Below, in pieces: positions 39,712 to 48,060 of a stretch of DNA of 64,000 nucleotides. The notes under the pieces were generated by a model that saw only the letters and a list, made by a program, of their open reading frames with translations, was not told the DNA's origin and made no database searches. This stretch comes from a virus: IMG/VR virus record IMGVR_UViG_3300027759_000048. One strand, 5' to 3'. Positions within the stretch are counted from its first letter, which is position 1; every line of letters starts with the position of its first letter. Position numbers and translations under genes: made by a program.

Positions 39712-40248
39712 ATGTTGACCGCCAAAGATTATCTTTCAACCAAAGTTTGTAAGCAAGTTAACAAACAACTCGCTAATGATCGATATAAAGATTCCGCTTT
39801 TTTCTCTTTGAAAAATCTTTCTTCAAAGGTAAAAGGTGCTCAGTTTGAGCGTCTTTATCAAGAATACATGGAGTCCAAAGGCTGCGTCGTAGAAAAACCT
39901 TCTAATAAAAACCTTTCTCAACACAAATCTGATCATGATCGTATTGTTGATGGTCGTAAAAAAGAAATCAAAGGTTCTTTTCTATGGAATAGTGGAAGTG
40001 AAAAGCTGCAATTTCGTTGGCAACAAATCCGTCCTGGCCAAGATTATGATGATGTAGTTTTTCTTGCTTTCTTTCCTGATCGTCTAGAAATATATGAAGC
40101 GGACAAAGAAACTGTTCGTAGTGTTGTCGAGGTTCAAGATGAAAAAGGTAATTGGATACACAATCAACATGGTGGTAAACGTGTCAATTCAGGCACATTC
40201 TTTTTAGATGGCGTTCCTTCAGATTTTCCATGGATGAAACCAGTATGA
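39712..40248 (+). CDS. putative restriction endonuclease (PD-(D/E)xK)
   Basis: KG..FE...DHD...EIKGS; overlaps MTase start; own promoter TTGACA-16-TATAAT at 39649-39676. Confidence 0.6.
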   Translation: MLTAKDYLSTKVCKQVNKQLANDRYKDSAFFSLKNLSSKVKGAQFERLYQEYMESKGCVVEKPSNKNLSQHKSDHDRIVDGRKKEIKGSFLWNSGSEKLQFRWQQIRPGQDYDDVVFLAFFPDRLEIYEADKETVRSVVEVQDEKGNWIHNQHGGKRVNSGTFFLDGVPSDFPWMKPV

Positions 40249-40994
40249 TAACAAACATTGACTGTATTGAATATTTGAAAACGATTGATGATAATAGTGT
40301 GGATTTAGTTCTTACTGATCCTCCCTATTTCATTGGTTTTGATGGTGGTAAAGGTTGGGACTCTCAATGGGAGAATGAGAAGGAGTATCTTGATTGGTGT
40401 AACGTATGGTCTAGAGAGTGTGCTAGAATACTCAAACCAAACAGAATGATGATTGTGTTTGGAACTCTAAAGACAGATACGTTTATAAAGTATAAGCTAA
40501 ATGTCTTGAATGAGATAAAAGAACTGTCAGGTCAAAATGAGATCATATGGTCTTACAATTGGGGTGGCAGAACGAAAGAAAACTTTGCACGAAAGCACGA
40601 ATACGCCTGGTGCTATTCTAAAGGTCGTGACTTTTTGTTCAATGGTGATGATGTTAGAATTGAACGCAAACAAAAGGTCAACATAAGAACTGGTAAACCT
40701 TTTGAGAAAGGAACAATCCCAACTTGTGTTTGGGAAAAGAACAATCACACTACTAGCAAGGAGTATGTGAATTGGCATCCAACTCAAAAGCCTATAGAAA
40801 TACTAGAAAGACTTATAAAAGCCTACACTAATCCTGGTGATATAGTTTTAGATATCTTCAGTGGATCAGGATCAACAATGATTGCTACCAAAAAAAGTGA
40901 TAGGATTTTTATTGGTAGTGAAATTGATAAGGAGTATTATAACAAATCCTTGGAAAGATACAAAGATTTCTTTGAGAATACACTACCTATCTGA
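40245..40994 (+). CDS. beta-class N6A/N4C DNA methyltransferase
   Basis: DPPY ... HPTQKP ... DIFSGSGST order. Confidence 0.92.
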   Translation: MITNIDCIEYLKTIDDNSVDLVLTDPPYFIGFDGGKGWDSQWENEKEYLDWCNVWSRECARILKPNRMMIVFGTLKTDTFIKYKLNVLNEIKELSGQNEIIWSYNWGGRTKENFARKHEYAWCYSKGRDFLFNGDDVRIERKQKVNIRTGKPFEKGTIPTCVWEKNNHTTSKEYVNWHPTQKPIEILERLIKAYTNPGDIVLDIFSGSGSTMIATKKSDRIFIGSEIDKEYYNKSLERYKDFFENTLPI

Positions 40995-41078
40995 TAGACT
41001 AAGAGTTGTGCCAAAATAATACACCTCGACCACCAAAATAGTCCTTGACTTATTCCAGAAACCTGGTATAATAAAGGT

Positions 41079-41402
41079 ATGATCAAAATTAAACGCAAAT
41101 CCCGCTCTGACCGTAAACATCTGATTTACTCGTTGTCTGTAAACAACAAAGAGTATATCGGAGTGACGTTTGTAGACAAAGGCCGCATTAATGCGTCCTT
41201 AACTCGCCGCTGGAATAAGCATGTCAACCGTGCCTTGAATGAAGACAAAGGCTGGAAGCTATGCACCGCTATCCGTAAACACGGTGCCGACTCGTTTACA
41301 GTTAGTGTCTTAGAGGTCGTCCGTGGCAAGTCTGCGGCCCATATAAGAGAGAGGGAACTAATCCGTGACCGTAAGCCCAAACTCAACACCGACGTCCGCT
41401 AA
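41079..41402 (+). CDS. small GIY-YIG nuclease
   Basis: LIY...YIG...RW..H...E.ELI...LN. Confidence 0.7.
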   Translation: MIKIKRKSRSDRKHLIYSLSVNNKEYIGVTFVDKGRINASLTRRWNKHVNRALNEDKGWKLCTAIRKHGADSFTVSVLEVVRGKSAAHIRERELIRDRKPKLNTDVR

Positions 41403-41404
41403 GG

Positions 41405-41470
41405 TGCGTCAACTTGTCGCAGATGTTGCCAAACGATTGTCCTTGACTATTCCTCAAAACGTGGTATAAT
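41405..41470 (+). promoter_or_regulatory. early promoter cassette 1: palindrome + TTGACT-16-TATAAT
   Basis: TGCGTCAACTTGTCGCA (41405-41421), 21 bp, -35 at 41443, TG-extended -10 at 41465. Confidence 0.8.
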
Positions 41471-41495
41471 GATTATATAAACGATGGAGATAGAC

Positions 41496-41753
41496 ATGAA
41501 AAACTTCGCTCAAAGCACCTTCAACCCAACGACCGACCACAATGCTCGGTTCACTAAAAAGAACCTAGTTCTTAACACTAACACGGTTGATGCGCTATTG
41601 ACCTACATTGAGAATGGTGGTACAATTACGGTATGTAAGCCTGGTCGTAGGAATACTGCTAACACCTCGTTTCCTCTAGTCAAGGGCACTGTCGCTAACC
41701 GTGGTGCTAAACAAGTCAACCTTACCTCTGCTGGCATCAAAGCGAAAGGCTAA
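41496..41753 (+). CDS. hypothetical protein
   Basis: GGAG RBS; GGTITVC motif. Confidence 0.6.
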   Translation: MKNFAQSTFNPTTDHNARFTKKNLVLNTNTVDALLTYIENGGTITVCKPGRRNTANTSFPLVKGTVANRGAKQVNLTSAGIKAKG

Positions 41754-41841
41754 AACATGTTTGAACTTATCGTCCTTACTGTCTCGCTGGCTATTCCAGT
41801 TTCGTTCGCCCTTGTTGCTCTCTTATCTAACGAGGAATAAC

Positions 41842-42027
41842 ATGTCGGAAGTTTATGCTGTGATATGGTCTGTGCCATATGAGGGTGAAAACCTTATGGG
41901 TGTGTTTTCGGACTACGTGAAAGCTCGCCGATACGTGCTGGATCAAAAAGACGAAAACTTAGAAATCCGTAAGCTAGAGTTGAACAAGGTATATGAAGAC
42001 ATGTTTATTGTTGGGGAGACTGTGTAA
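41842..42027 (+). CDS. hypothetical protein (paralog of 42132)
   Basis: VYA.....YEG..L.GV. Confidence 0.6.
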   Translation: MSEVYAVIWSVPYEGENLMGVFSDYVKARRYVLDQKDENLEIRKLELNKVYEDMFIVGETV

Positions 42028-42131
42028 TGTTCAAAGATGATGAACAAATGGTCCAGTGCTTTGCGCTGTTCGCAATCCTTGTCGGCCTCGCTTTTGGCGT
42101 TGGGCTTATCGCATACTTTGGAGAATGATAA

Positions 42132-42347
42132 ATGGAAATGTCTGTATATGCTCTCTTTCATTGTATGCCTTATGAGGGTTCTTATCTTTTGGGCGCTTAC
42201 AAATATCTCTCTCAGGCTCAGGAAGCCGAATACGCCTATGGACTGGAAAATGCTGAGGTGGTGGATGGTCCTGAATGGACTGAGATCCGTGAGATCCTAT
42301 TAGGCGCTGCTCCTTCTTTTGATGCTGGCAAGATTGTGGAGGATTAG
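42132..42347 (+). CDS. hypothetical protein (paralog of 41842)
   Basis: VYA.....YEG..LLG. Confidence 0.6.
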   Translation: MEMSVYALFHCMPYEGSYLLGAYKYLSQAQEAEYAYGLENAEVVDGPEWTEIREILLGAAPSFDAGKIVED

Positions 42348-42348
42348 T

Positions 42349-42555
42349 ATGAATAATGCCATTCACTTTGTAGGGTTCAAAGATAACCGTTATAACACAG
42401 CCGTCAAGGTGTTTGGAACTCCTGACTTTATTCATAGGTTATGGGATCTTCGTGCCGTTAATGAGGTTATGGAAAACGATATAGTTATATTTGCTGATAA
42501 AGATGAAACACAGGCAATTGAAACATTTGCCTATGATGACTCGGCAAACTTTTAA
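42349..42555 (+). CDS. hypothetical protein
   Basis: GGAGG RBS; HFVGF...A..VFG.PDFIH..WD.RA. Confidence 0.6.
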   Translation: MNNAIHFVGFKDNRYNTAVKVFGTPDFIHRLWDLRAVNEVMENDIVIFADKDETQAIETFAYDDSANF

Positions 42556-42566
42556 GGAGATATAAA

Positions 42567-42737
42567 ATGGCTAAGGTAAAGACTTTTAATCTAACTATCT
42601 GGGCCGATGATGATGAGGAGTCTGATGCACACACTATTACATTTTATGGTATCTCAAGAATAGCGGCTTGTCGTTATATTGATTACTATCTAAAGGATCC
42701 AAATTATCTTACATGGTCAACTGTAGAAAACTATTGA
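42567..42737 (+). CDS. hypothetical protein
   Basis: AAGGAG RBS; 56 aa. Confidence 0.5.
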   Translation: MAKVKTFNLTIWADDDEESDAHTITFYGISRIAACRYIDYYLKDPNYLTWSTVENY

Positions 42738-42738
42738 T

Positions 42739-42813
42739 GTTCCGTGGGTCGGATGCTAAGGCGCAGGACTGCAAATCCTTGAGAACTCGGTTGAACTCCG
42801 GGACGGAACTCCA
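42739..42813 (+). tRNA. tRNA-Cys(GCA), atypical core
   Basis: Acceptor GTTCCGT/ACGGAAC, U73, CCA, anticodon loop CTGCAAA. Confidence 0.88.
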
Positions 42814-42814
42814 T

Positions 42815-42891
42815 GGTCTGGTAGTTTAGTTGGTGAAAACATCGCCCTGTCACGGCGAAGACCACGGGTTCGAGTCCCGTCCAGATCGCCA
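42815..42891 (+). tRNA. tRNA-Asp(GTC)
   Basis: TCGCC-CTGTCAC-GGCGA, TTCGAGT, G73, CCA. Confidence 0.95.
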
Positions 42892-42895
42892 ATTT

Positions 42896-42970
42896 GGTCC
42901 CATCGTCTAATGGTTAGGACAACGGCCTTTCACGCCGTCAATGCCGGTTCGAGTCCGACTGGGATCACCA
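42896..42970 (+). tRNA. tRNA-Glu(TTC)
   Basis: ACGGC-CTTTCAC-GCCGT, TTCGAGT, CCA. Confidence 0.93.
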
Positions 42971-42974
42971 ATAT

Positions 42975-43048
42975 GCGGAGGAAGTGTTACGGTAGCACGA
43001 TAGGCTTCCACCCTGTAAGCGTGGGTTCGACTCCCATCCTCCGCTCCA
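42975..43048 (+). tRNA. tRNA-Gly(TCC)
   Basis: Acceptor GCGGAGG/CCTCCGC, U73, anticodon loop CTTCCAC, CCA. Confidence 0.92.
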
Positions 43049-43065
43049 AGTTTACATACAGAGGG

Positions 43066-43131
43066 TGCGACAACTTGTCGCATCGTTGACAATTAGGTTT
43101 ACATTGACTTTTCCTATAGATGTGGTATAAT
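43066..43131 (+). promoter_or_regulatory. early promoter cassette 2
   Basis: Perfect palindrome TGCGACAACTTGTCGCA (43066-43082), 21 bp, TTGACT-16-TATAAT. Confidence 0.82.
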
Positions 43132-43160
43132 GATTATATAATCAGAAAGGAAATCTTAAT

Positions 43161-43394
43161 ATGAAACTTATCCCTCTTGGTTCAAACCAAAATCTCGTCC
43201 AACTCAATAGTGGAATCCAAGTTTTATTCTCTTACAAAACACCTGTCGCCGCTCATGTTCCTGGCGAAGGCTTCTTTAGAACCAATCACAATTGGTCTAG
43301 AACAACTAGTAAGCATATCAATAAGTGGCTTCGTGGTGCAATTGGTGTCGCTTCCGTTGATCAGTCTGTAATCGATAATATAGCGGGGTTGTAA
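43161..43394 (+). CDS. conserved small early phage protein
   Basis: GSNQ...LFSY.TPVAA...WS.TTSKHINKWL. Confidence 0.7.
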   Translation: MKLIPLGSNQNLVQLNSGIQVLFSYKTPVAAHVPGEGFFRTNHNWSRTTSKHINKWLRGAIGVASVDQSVIDNIAGL

Positions 43395-43395
43395 G

Positions 43396-43572
43396 ATGTC
43401 CCTTGTTTATAAAGAAATTGAGAAACTGGTTATTGAGATTGTGTCCTCGCCAGGCATCCATTTTGATAAACAGGTTCATGAATATGTCAATAAGCGTTCT
43501 TCTGTTCCGGTTAATAAGGAGACAATTGAGTTTATAGTTGATAAGTGGTTTTCTCTTGGCAATCATCATTGA
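43396..43572 (+). CDS. hypothetical protein (paralog of 43582)
   Basis: MSLVYKEIEKLV...SPGI..D..V..YVN.R.SV.V..ETIE. Confidence 0.6.
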   Translation: MSLVYKEIEKLVIEIVSSPGIHFDKQVHEYVNKRSSVPVNKETIEFIVDKWFSLGNHH

Positions 43573-43581
43573 GGTAATAAA

Positions 43582-43785
43582 ATGTCTAGAATGTCTGACT
43601 TGTATCTTGAGGTTCAGGAGTTGGTTGTTGATGCCGTGAGCACTCCCGGCATTGTGATGGATACCGACGTTTTGAATTATGTGAATGATCGGTGTTCGGT
43701 TGAGGTCGATCTTGAAACTATCGAGGCAATCTTGGATAGTTTCTTCGGTGAGGATTTCTGGCCAGAGGGCGTTGTCATTCAATGA
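43582..43785 (+). CDS. hypothetical acidic protein
   Basis: GAGGT RBS; MSRMSDL start. Confidence 0.65.
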   Translation: MSRMSDLYLEVQELVVDAVSTPGIVMDTDVLNYVNDRCSVEVDLETIEAILDSFFGEDFWPEGVVIQ

Positions 43786-43809
43786 CTGTAAACAGTTTAC
43801 ATCCAGGGA

Positions 43810-43875
43810 TGCGACAACATGTCGCACCTGTTGACAAACGATTTTCCTTGACATATTCCACAGACCTGCTATAAT
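43810..43875 (+). promoter_or_regulatory. early promoter cassette 3
   Basis: TGCGACAACATGTCGCA (43810-43826), 21 bp, TTGACA-16-TATAAT. Confidence 0.82.
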
Positions 43876-43909
43876 ACGTTTATTGAATGGAAAAGAAAGG
43901 TGACTAATC

Positions 43910-44440
43910 ATGGGTATCAATGCTACAAAATATCGTGACCGTTATATCAAGCGTGCCGCTCGGGTTCTTCCTGCTATTCAGCCAGGTGTCCCGTTTACTC
44001 CCGAAGCTATCGACCAGATCGTCGGTGGTGAGTATAGTTCCAAGTTTGTGTTCTATCTCCGTGAGCTAGGGTTTGAGTTTAGTAATAACAAAGATGGTCG
44101 CAAGATTGTCTCCTACACTCTTATCAAAGAGCCTGCCGATGCTGCGGCTATTCGTGGTGCTACTGCTTCCGCTTCTCGTGGTGCTGCTAAGGCTCCTAAG
44201 GTTAAGGCTGCTAAGGTGGCTAAGCCTGCTAAGTCAACCAAGTCAATTGCTGAAATCAAGGCAGCTAATCTTGCCAAGCTAAAGGCTGTTGGTGCTAAAC
44301 AGACCAAGGTTGCAAAGCGTGTCCGTGAATACGATGATGTGACCGAGCAATTTGGTAACACTGGTGAGGTTGGTACCTCATTCAATGTTGACCGTGACTG
44401 GGATAGCATTGAAGGTCTTGATCTTCAGAAACTTCTCTAA
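43910..44440 (+). CDS. putative DNA-binding protein with Ala/Lys/Pro-rich linker
   Basis: Compact N-domain, AAKAPKVKAAKVAKPAK stretch, acidic tail. Confidence 0.6.
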   Translation: MGINATKYRDRYIKRAARVLPAIQPGVPFTPEAIDQIVGGEYSSKFVFYLRELGFEFSNNKDGRKIVSYTLIKEPADAAAIRGATASASRGAAKAPKVKAAKVAKPAKSTKSIAEIKAANLAKLKAVGAKQTKVAKRVREYDDVTEQFGNTGEVGTSFNVDRDWDSIEGLDLQKLL

Positions 44441-44457
44441 TCTACAGGAGTGCTTCT

Positions 44458-44718
44458 ATGACTTATGCAACTATCCAAATCAATCTAACTGATATTGATG
44501 ACGATACTTTGATCGAGGAACTTGAACTACGTGACTATCAAGTTATGTTACCTGGTCAAACTGATGAAGATGTAGAGGCACTCCATCGCACATTAGATGA
44601 GATCCATAATCTCTATCAGGCTTTCATTTGCTGGAAAGACTTTTCTATGAAAGACTCCACATTTGAAAGTGACTTGAAAAAGTTTTTTGAGTCAACTATA
44701 GATATGAAGGTTCTCTAA
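44458..44718 (+). CDS. hypothetical acidic protein
   Basis: L.DIDDD.LIEELE.R motif. Confidence 0.6.
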   Translation: MTYATIQINLTDIDDDTLIEELELRDYQVMLPGQTDEDVEALHRTLDEIHNLYQAFICWKDFSMKDSTFESDLKKFFESTIDMKVL

Positions 44719-45092
44719 TGCGTCTTAAAGTGAAATATAAGAACTCGGCCTACAAGCCGGGTTCTCACTACGTTCCACAGCCTATGTATAACTATTACGA
44801 AGGTCGTGTGGTTGTTCCTAAGCCCAAATGGTTATCCGAATATGAGTTTATGTTAACCACTGGTGATTTAGATGCACCAGCCCGCATTCTTGATAAACGT
44901 GATATAGTGGAGGCATGGACAGGAAATGAAAACTTTGACGATGGTGTTACTCTCGTTCCTGGTGATAAGCGTTCCTACATTGTCACCAGAGGCAATTTTA
45001 ACCGCTATTCTTGCGATTGCACTGCCTTTAACTTCCGCAAACGTTGCAGCCACATTGATGAGGTGAAACATGACAAACGAGCAAGAAATTGA
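44718..45092 (+). CDS. SWIM zinc-finger protein
   Basis: Y.V......CDC..F..R..CSHI. Confidence 0.75.
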   Translation: MRLKVKYKNSAYKPGSHYVPQPMYNYYEGRVVVPKPKWLSEYEFMLTTGDLDAPARILDKRDIVEAWTGNENFDDGVTLVPGDKRSYIVTRGNFNRYSCDCTAFNFRKRCSHIDEVKHDKRARN

Positions 45093-45181
45093 AAGCAAGA
45101 TTGCTGCTATGGAATTACTCTTACAGCAAGGCTATATCTCTCTCGCCAAGTATATTGAGTTCCTAAGAAACGTGAGGAAAA

Positions 45182-45376
45182 ATGTCAAAGGTTGAATACA
45201 TTGATCCGCCTGCTGGTTGGAAGTATGGCTTTCCCAAAGTTCTACCTGAGAATGTTACAGATACTATTCAATGGCTATTAGACAATGGTTATCCGCAATA
45301 TGAGATTGATCTGTGTGGTGATCATTTTTATTGTCGTCACTGGTACGAGGAAGTAGAAGATGACCGAACCTGCTAA
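45182..45376 (+). CDS. hypothetical protein
   Basis: IDPP.GWKYGFPK...WL..NGYP. Confidence 0.65.
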   Translation: MSKVEYIDPPAGWKYGFPKVLPENVTDTIQWLLDNGYPQYEIDLCGDHFYCRHWYEEVEDDRTC

Positions 45377-45543
45377 GAAAGAAAAACGTAGTGTGGTAAA
45401 CATTAAAGAAAAACTTTATGATCGTCTTGACGTTCTCCGAGCTTGCGTCATCGATGCGCCTGTTGATCGTTTAGACCATCACTTCCGAAACGAGATTGAG
45501 TTTCTGGAAGACATACTTGACTGGATCGAAAGGAACTGATATA

Positions 45544-45849
45544 ATGAGCAAGATTGTCCTAGTCGAAACTGTATCCACGTTTCGTCATGTGTATGCTGTT
45601 GAGTTGCCTGACAATGTTCCTAATGAATGGGCGCTTGACGATATTACAATGAATATTGGTAGTGATGAACCTGAGTTTGAGGAGTTCGGTCAGGAACATA
45701 TAGGTGAAACTATCTTGTCCCATCGTGTCATTGATGAGAAAGAATACCTGCGAGTATTCAATGAGGTTAGCAGTTATCTTTCTGAATGGACTGATGAAGA
45801 GAAAAAACGATTTATCTTCAAGAGCGAGGCACTTCCAAATGAGTCCTAA
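45544..45849 (+). CDS. hypothetical protein
   Basis: VLVETVS.FR..Y.VE...QEHIGE.I. Confidence 0.6.
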   Translation: MSKIVLVETVSTFRHVYAVELPDNVPNEWALDDITMNIGSDEPEFEEFGQEHIGETILSHRVIDEKEYLRVFNEVSSYLSEWTDEEKKRFIFKSEALPNES

Positions 45850-46165
45850 TCACGCCGCAAGATTGTTGATTATGTCAGCATACTTGTATTATCGTTGTGA
45901 TACAAACGTTATAGATGATGGTGAATATGATAAACTATCTTTGGCAGTTGCTAAAAACTGGGATAAACTGGATCCTCAATTACAATGGCAGTTGGTGGAC
46001 CCCGATGCTATTCGTGCTACTGGTAGTGGTATACTTATTACACAGATGGGCGTGAGTGCTGCCCTTGCCTGGTATAAAAACAAAGTAAGACGCAATCTAA
46101 ATGGTTGTGACATGGACTGGATTGGTCCACATCCAAAATACAAATGCTTATATGCGGTGATCTAA
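45839..46165 (+). CDS. protein resembling the NAD-ligase N-terminal (Ia) domain
   Basis: YLYY......IDDGEYDKL. Confidence 0.55.
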   Translation: MSPNHAARLLIMSAYLYYRCDTNVIDDGEYDKLSLAVAKNWDKLDPQLQWQLVDPDAIRATGSGILITQMGVSAALAWYKNKVRRNLNGCDMDWIGPHPKYKCLYAVI

Positions 46166-46719
46166 TGAATATCTTTTACATTGACAAAGATCCTAAACTA
46201 TGTGCCGAGTGGGCGGTTGATAGCCACTGTATCAAGATGATCCTTGAGGCTGCTCAATTGCTTTCTACTGCCCATCGTGTTCTTGATGGTATCGAATACA
46301 TTGACAAGACTGCTTCTGGTCGCAATGTAAAGCGTTGGCGATTACCAGACCAGCGTGATGGTCTTCTATACTCTGCTACACATATCAATCATCCGTCGGC
46401 CGTATGGGTTCGTCAGTCTAACAATAACTATAACTGGCTATGGTGCTATTTGGAAGAACACTGTGTAGAATACACATATCGTTATGGCAAGGTTCATAAA
46501 GTAGAATCCTCTGGTTTACATGATAGTCTTATCTCTGCTCCACACAATATACCAATTGGTCCCTTCACACAACCAACGCCAGCAATGGACTCTAAATACA
46601 TCATCTCAGAGGATGCGGTAATCAACTATCGCAACTACTACAAACATGGTAAGTCACATCTTCACAAGTGGAAGAAACGTGAGATGCCTTACTGGCTAGA
46701 AGATTATATGGGAGATTGA
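46165..46719 (+). CDS. pyrimidine-dimer glycosylase/DenV-like family protein
   Basis: MNIF.ID.DP..CA....H..KMILE.AQLLSTAH...H.NHP. Confidence 0.75.
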   Translation: MNIFYIDKDPKLCAEWAVDSHCIKMILEAAQLLSTAHRVLDGIEYIDKTASGRNVKRWRLPDQRDGLLYSATHINHPSAVWVRQSNNNYNWLWCYLEEHCVEYTYRYGKVHKVESSGLHDSLISAPHNIPIGPFTQPTPAMDSKYIISEDAVINYRNYYKHGKSHLHKWKKREMPYWLEDYMGD

Positions 46720-46720
46720 T

Positions 46721-46921
46721 ATGCCTACATATTCGTTTCGCAACAAAGAGACGGGTGAAGAGTTTGACGCTTTTATGTCAATATCAGAGTTAGATAAGTA
46801 CCTAGAAGATCATCCACATTACGAAAAGTTATTGTCGGCACCGCATTTTATGGGCGCTCAAATGAACGGTGGTTTACTAAATAACAGAACATATGATCCC
46901 AAAGGAAAACGTGATGCCTAA
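46721..46921 (+). CDS. FmdB-like small protein (copy 1)
   Basis: MPTY.F.NKETGE. Confidence 0.65.
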   Translation: MPTYSFRNKETGEEFDAFMSISELDKYLEDHPHYEKLLSAPHFMGAQMNGGLLNNRTYDPKGKRDA

Positions 46922-47177
46922 TTATACATGGAAGAATAAAGAGACTGGTGAGGAACACACCAACTCAATGACTATGGCCGAACACGATGAATACACAAAG
47001 AACAATCCACATCTAGAGCAAGTTCTACGCAATTTCACGATGGTAGATCCAGTGAACATTGGCGTAACCAAACCCCCAAGTGATTTTCAAAAATATGTAT
47101 TAGGTAGGGTGAAAGAGAAAATGCCCGGCGCTACCGCAGTTGCTAACAAGCGTTGGGACATCCCAAAGGAGATTTAA
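46914..47177 (+). CDS. FmdB-like small protein (copy 2)
   Basis: MPNY.W.NKETGE...KP.SDF...L. Confidence 0.65.
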   Translation: MPNYTWKNKETGEEHTNSMTMAEHDEYTKNNPHLEQVLRNFTMVDPVNIGVTKPPSDFQKYVLGRVKEKMPGATAVANKRWDIPKEI

Positions 47178-47210
47178 CCCCTGTCCAACAACCCTTTCAA
47201 TCCCAAGTTT

Positions 47211-47250
47211 AGAAGCCGCTCCCGTAAAAAGGATGCGGCTTCTTCTGTTT
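47211..47250 (+). terminator. probable terminator hairpin
   Basis: AGAAGCCGC...GCGGCTTCT followed by TCTGTTT. Confidence 0.55.
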
Positions 47251-47291
47251 GTAATGACGAAGCGAACAACAATAAAAATAAAGGTAAGTAT

Positions 47292-48011
47292 ATGTCAAGA
47301 AAGCAGAGAAGAGCCAATAACCCACAGAAGCCTCAACATGACAACTTTGCACAGCATCACCACTTTGAATTGCGTCATATCCAGCCACTAACAGTAAACC
47401 AAGAAAGAGTGTGGGACGCATATCATTCTGGCGCTAATCTAATGCTTCACGGTTATGCCGGTACCGGTAAAACTTTTCTATCCTCATATCTAGCACTAAA
47501 CGAGGTAATATTAGAAGAGACATATAAAAAGGTTGTTATCATCCGCTCCGTTGTCCCTTCAAGAGACATGGGCTTCTTGCCTGGTTCACCAGCACAGAAA
47601 GCGGAAGTATATGAACAGCCATATCAAGAAATCTGTGACGATCTATTTGGTCGTGGTGATGGATGGCGTATATTGAAACTAAAGGGACTTGTAGAGTTTA
47701 CCACTACATCGTTTCTACGTGGCACTACATTTAATGATAGTATTATCATTGTTGATGAGTGTAATAATATGAACTTTCAAGAGATTGATACTGTTATGAC
47801 ACGTATTGGCAATAACTCTCGTATCATATTCTGCGGGGACTATCGCCAGGCCGATCTAACAAGACCCCACGATAAGAGTGGTATTCGTGAATTGATGGCT
47901 ATCACTAATCGTATGCCTTCATTTGACCATGTAGAATTTGGCATCGAAGACATCGTTCGCTCCGGTGTGGTCAAAGAGTATATCATTCAAAAGACAGAGA
48001 TGGGATTATGA
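47292..48011 (+). CDS. phoH: PhoH-like ATPase
   Basis: GYAGTGKT, GFLPG, RG.TF, VDE, TRIG, GD..Q, DIVRS. Confidence 0.93.
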   Translation: MSRKQRRANNPQKPQHDNFAQHHHFELRHIQPLTVNQERVWDAYHSGANLMLHGYAGTGKTFLSSYLALNEVILEETYKKVVIIRSVVPSRDMGFLPGSPAQKAEVYEQPYQEICDDLFGRGDGWRILKLKGLVEFTTTSFLRGTTFNDSIIIVDECNNMNFQEIDTVMTRIGNNSRIIFCGDYRQADLTRPHDKSGIRELMAITNRMPSFDHVEFGIEDIVRSGVVKEYIIQKTEMGL

Positions 48012-48060
48012 TAGATTACATATTACATAAATAGAAGTAATCTCATAGGAGTGGATAGTA

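Noticed and set aside
34408-41402. GIY-YIG genes as mobile homing endonucleases
   Set aside because: Both are short, lack evident DNA-binding extensions and do not interrupt genes; mobility unsupported
43318-43920. 200-aa minus-strand ORF and other antisense ORFs in the track
   Set aside because: They shadow well-supported + strand genes and promoters, and show no recognisable motifs
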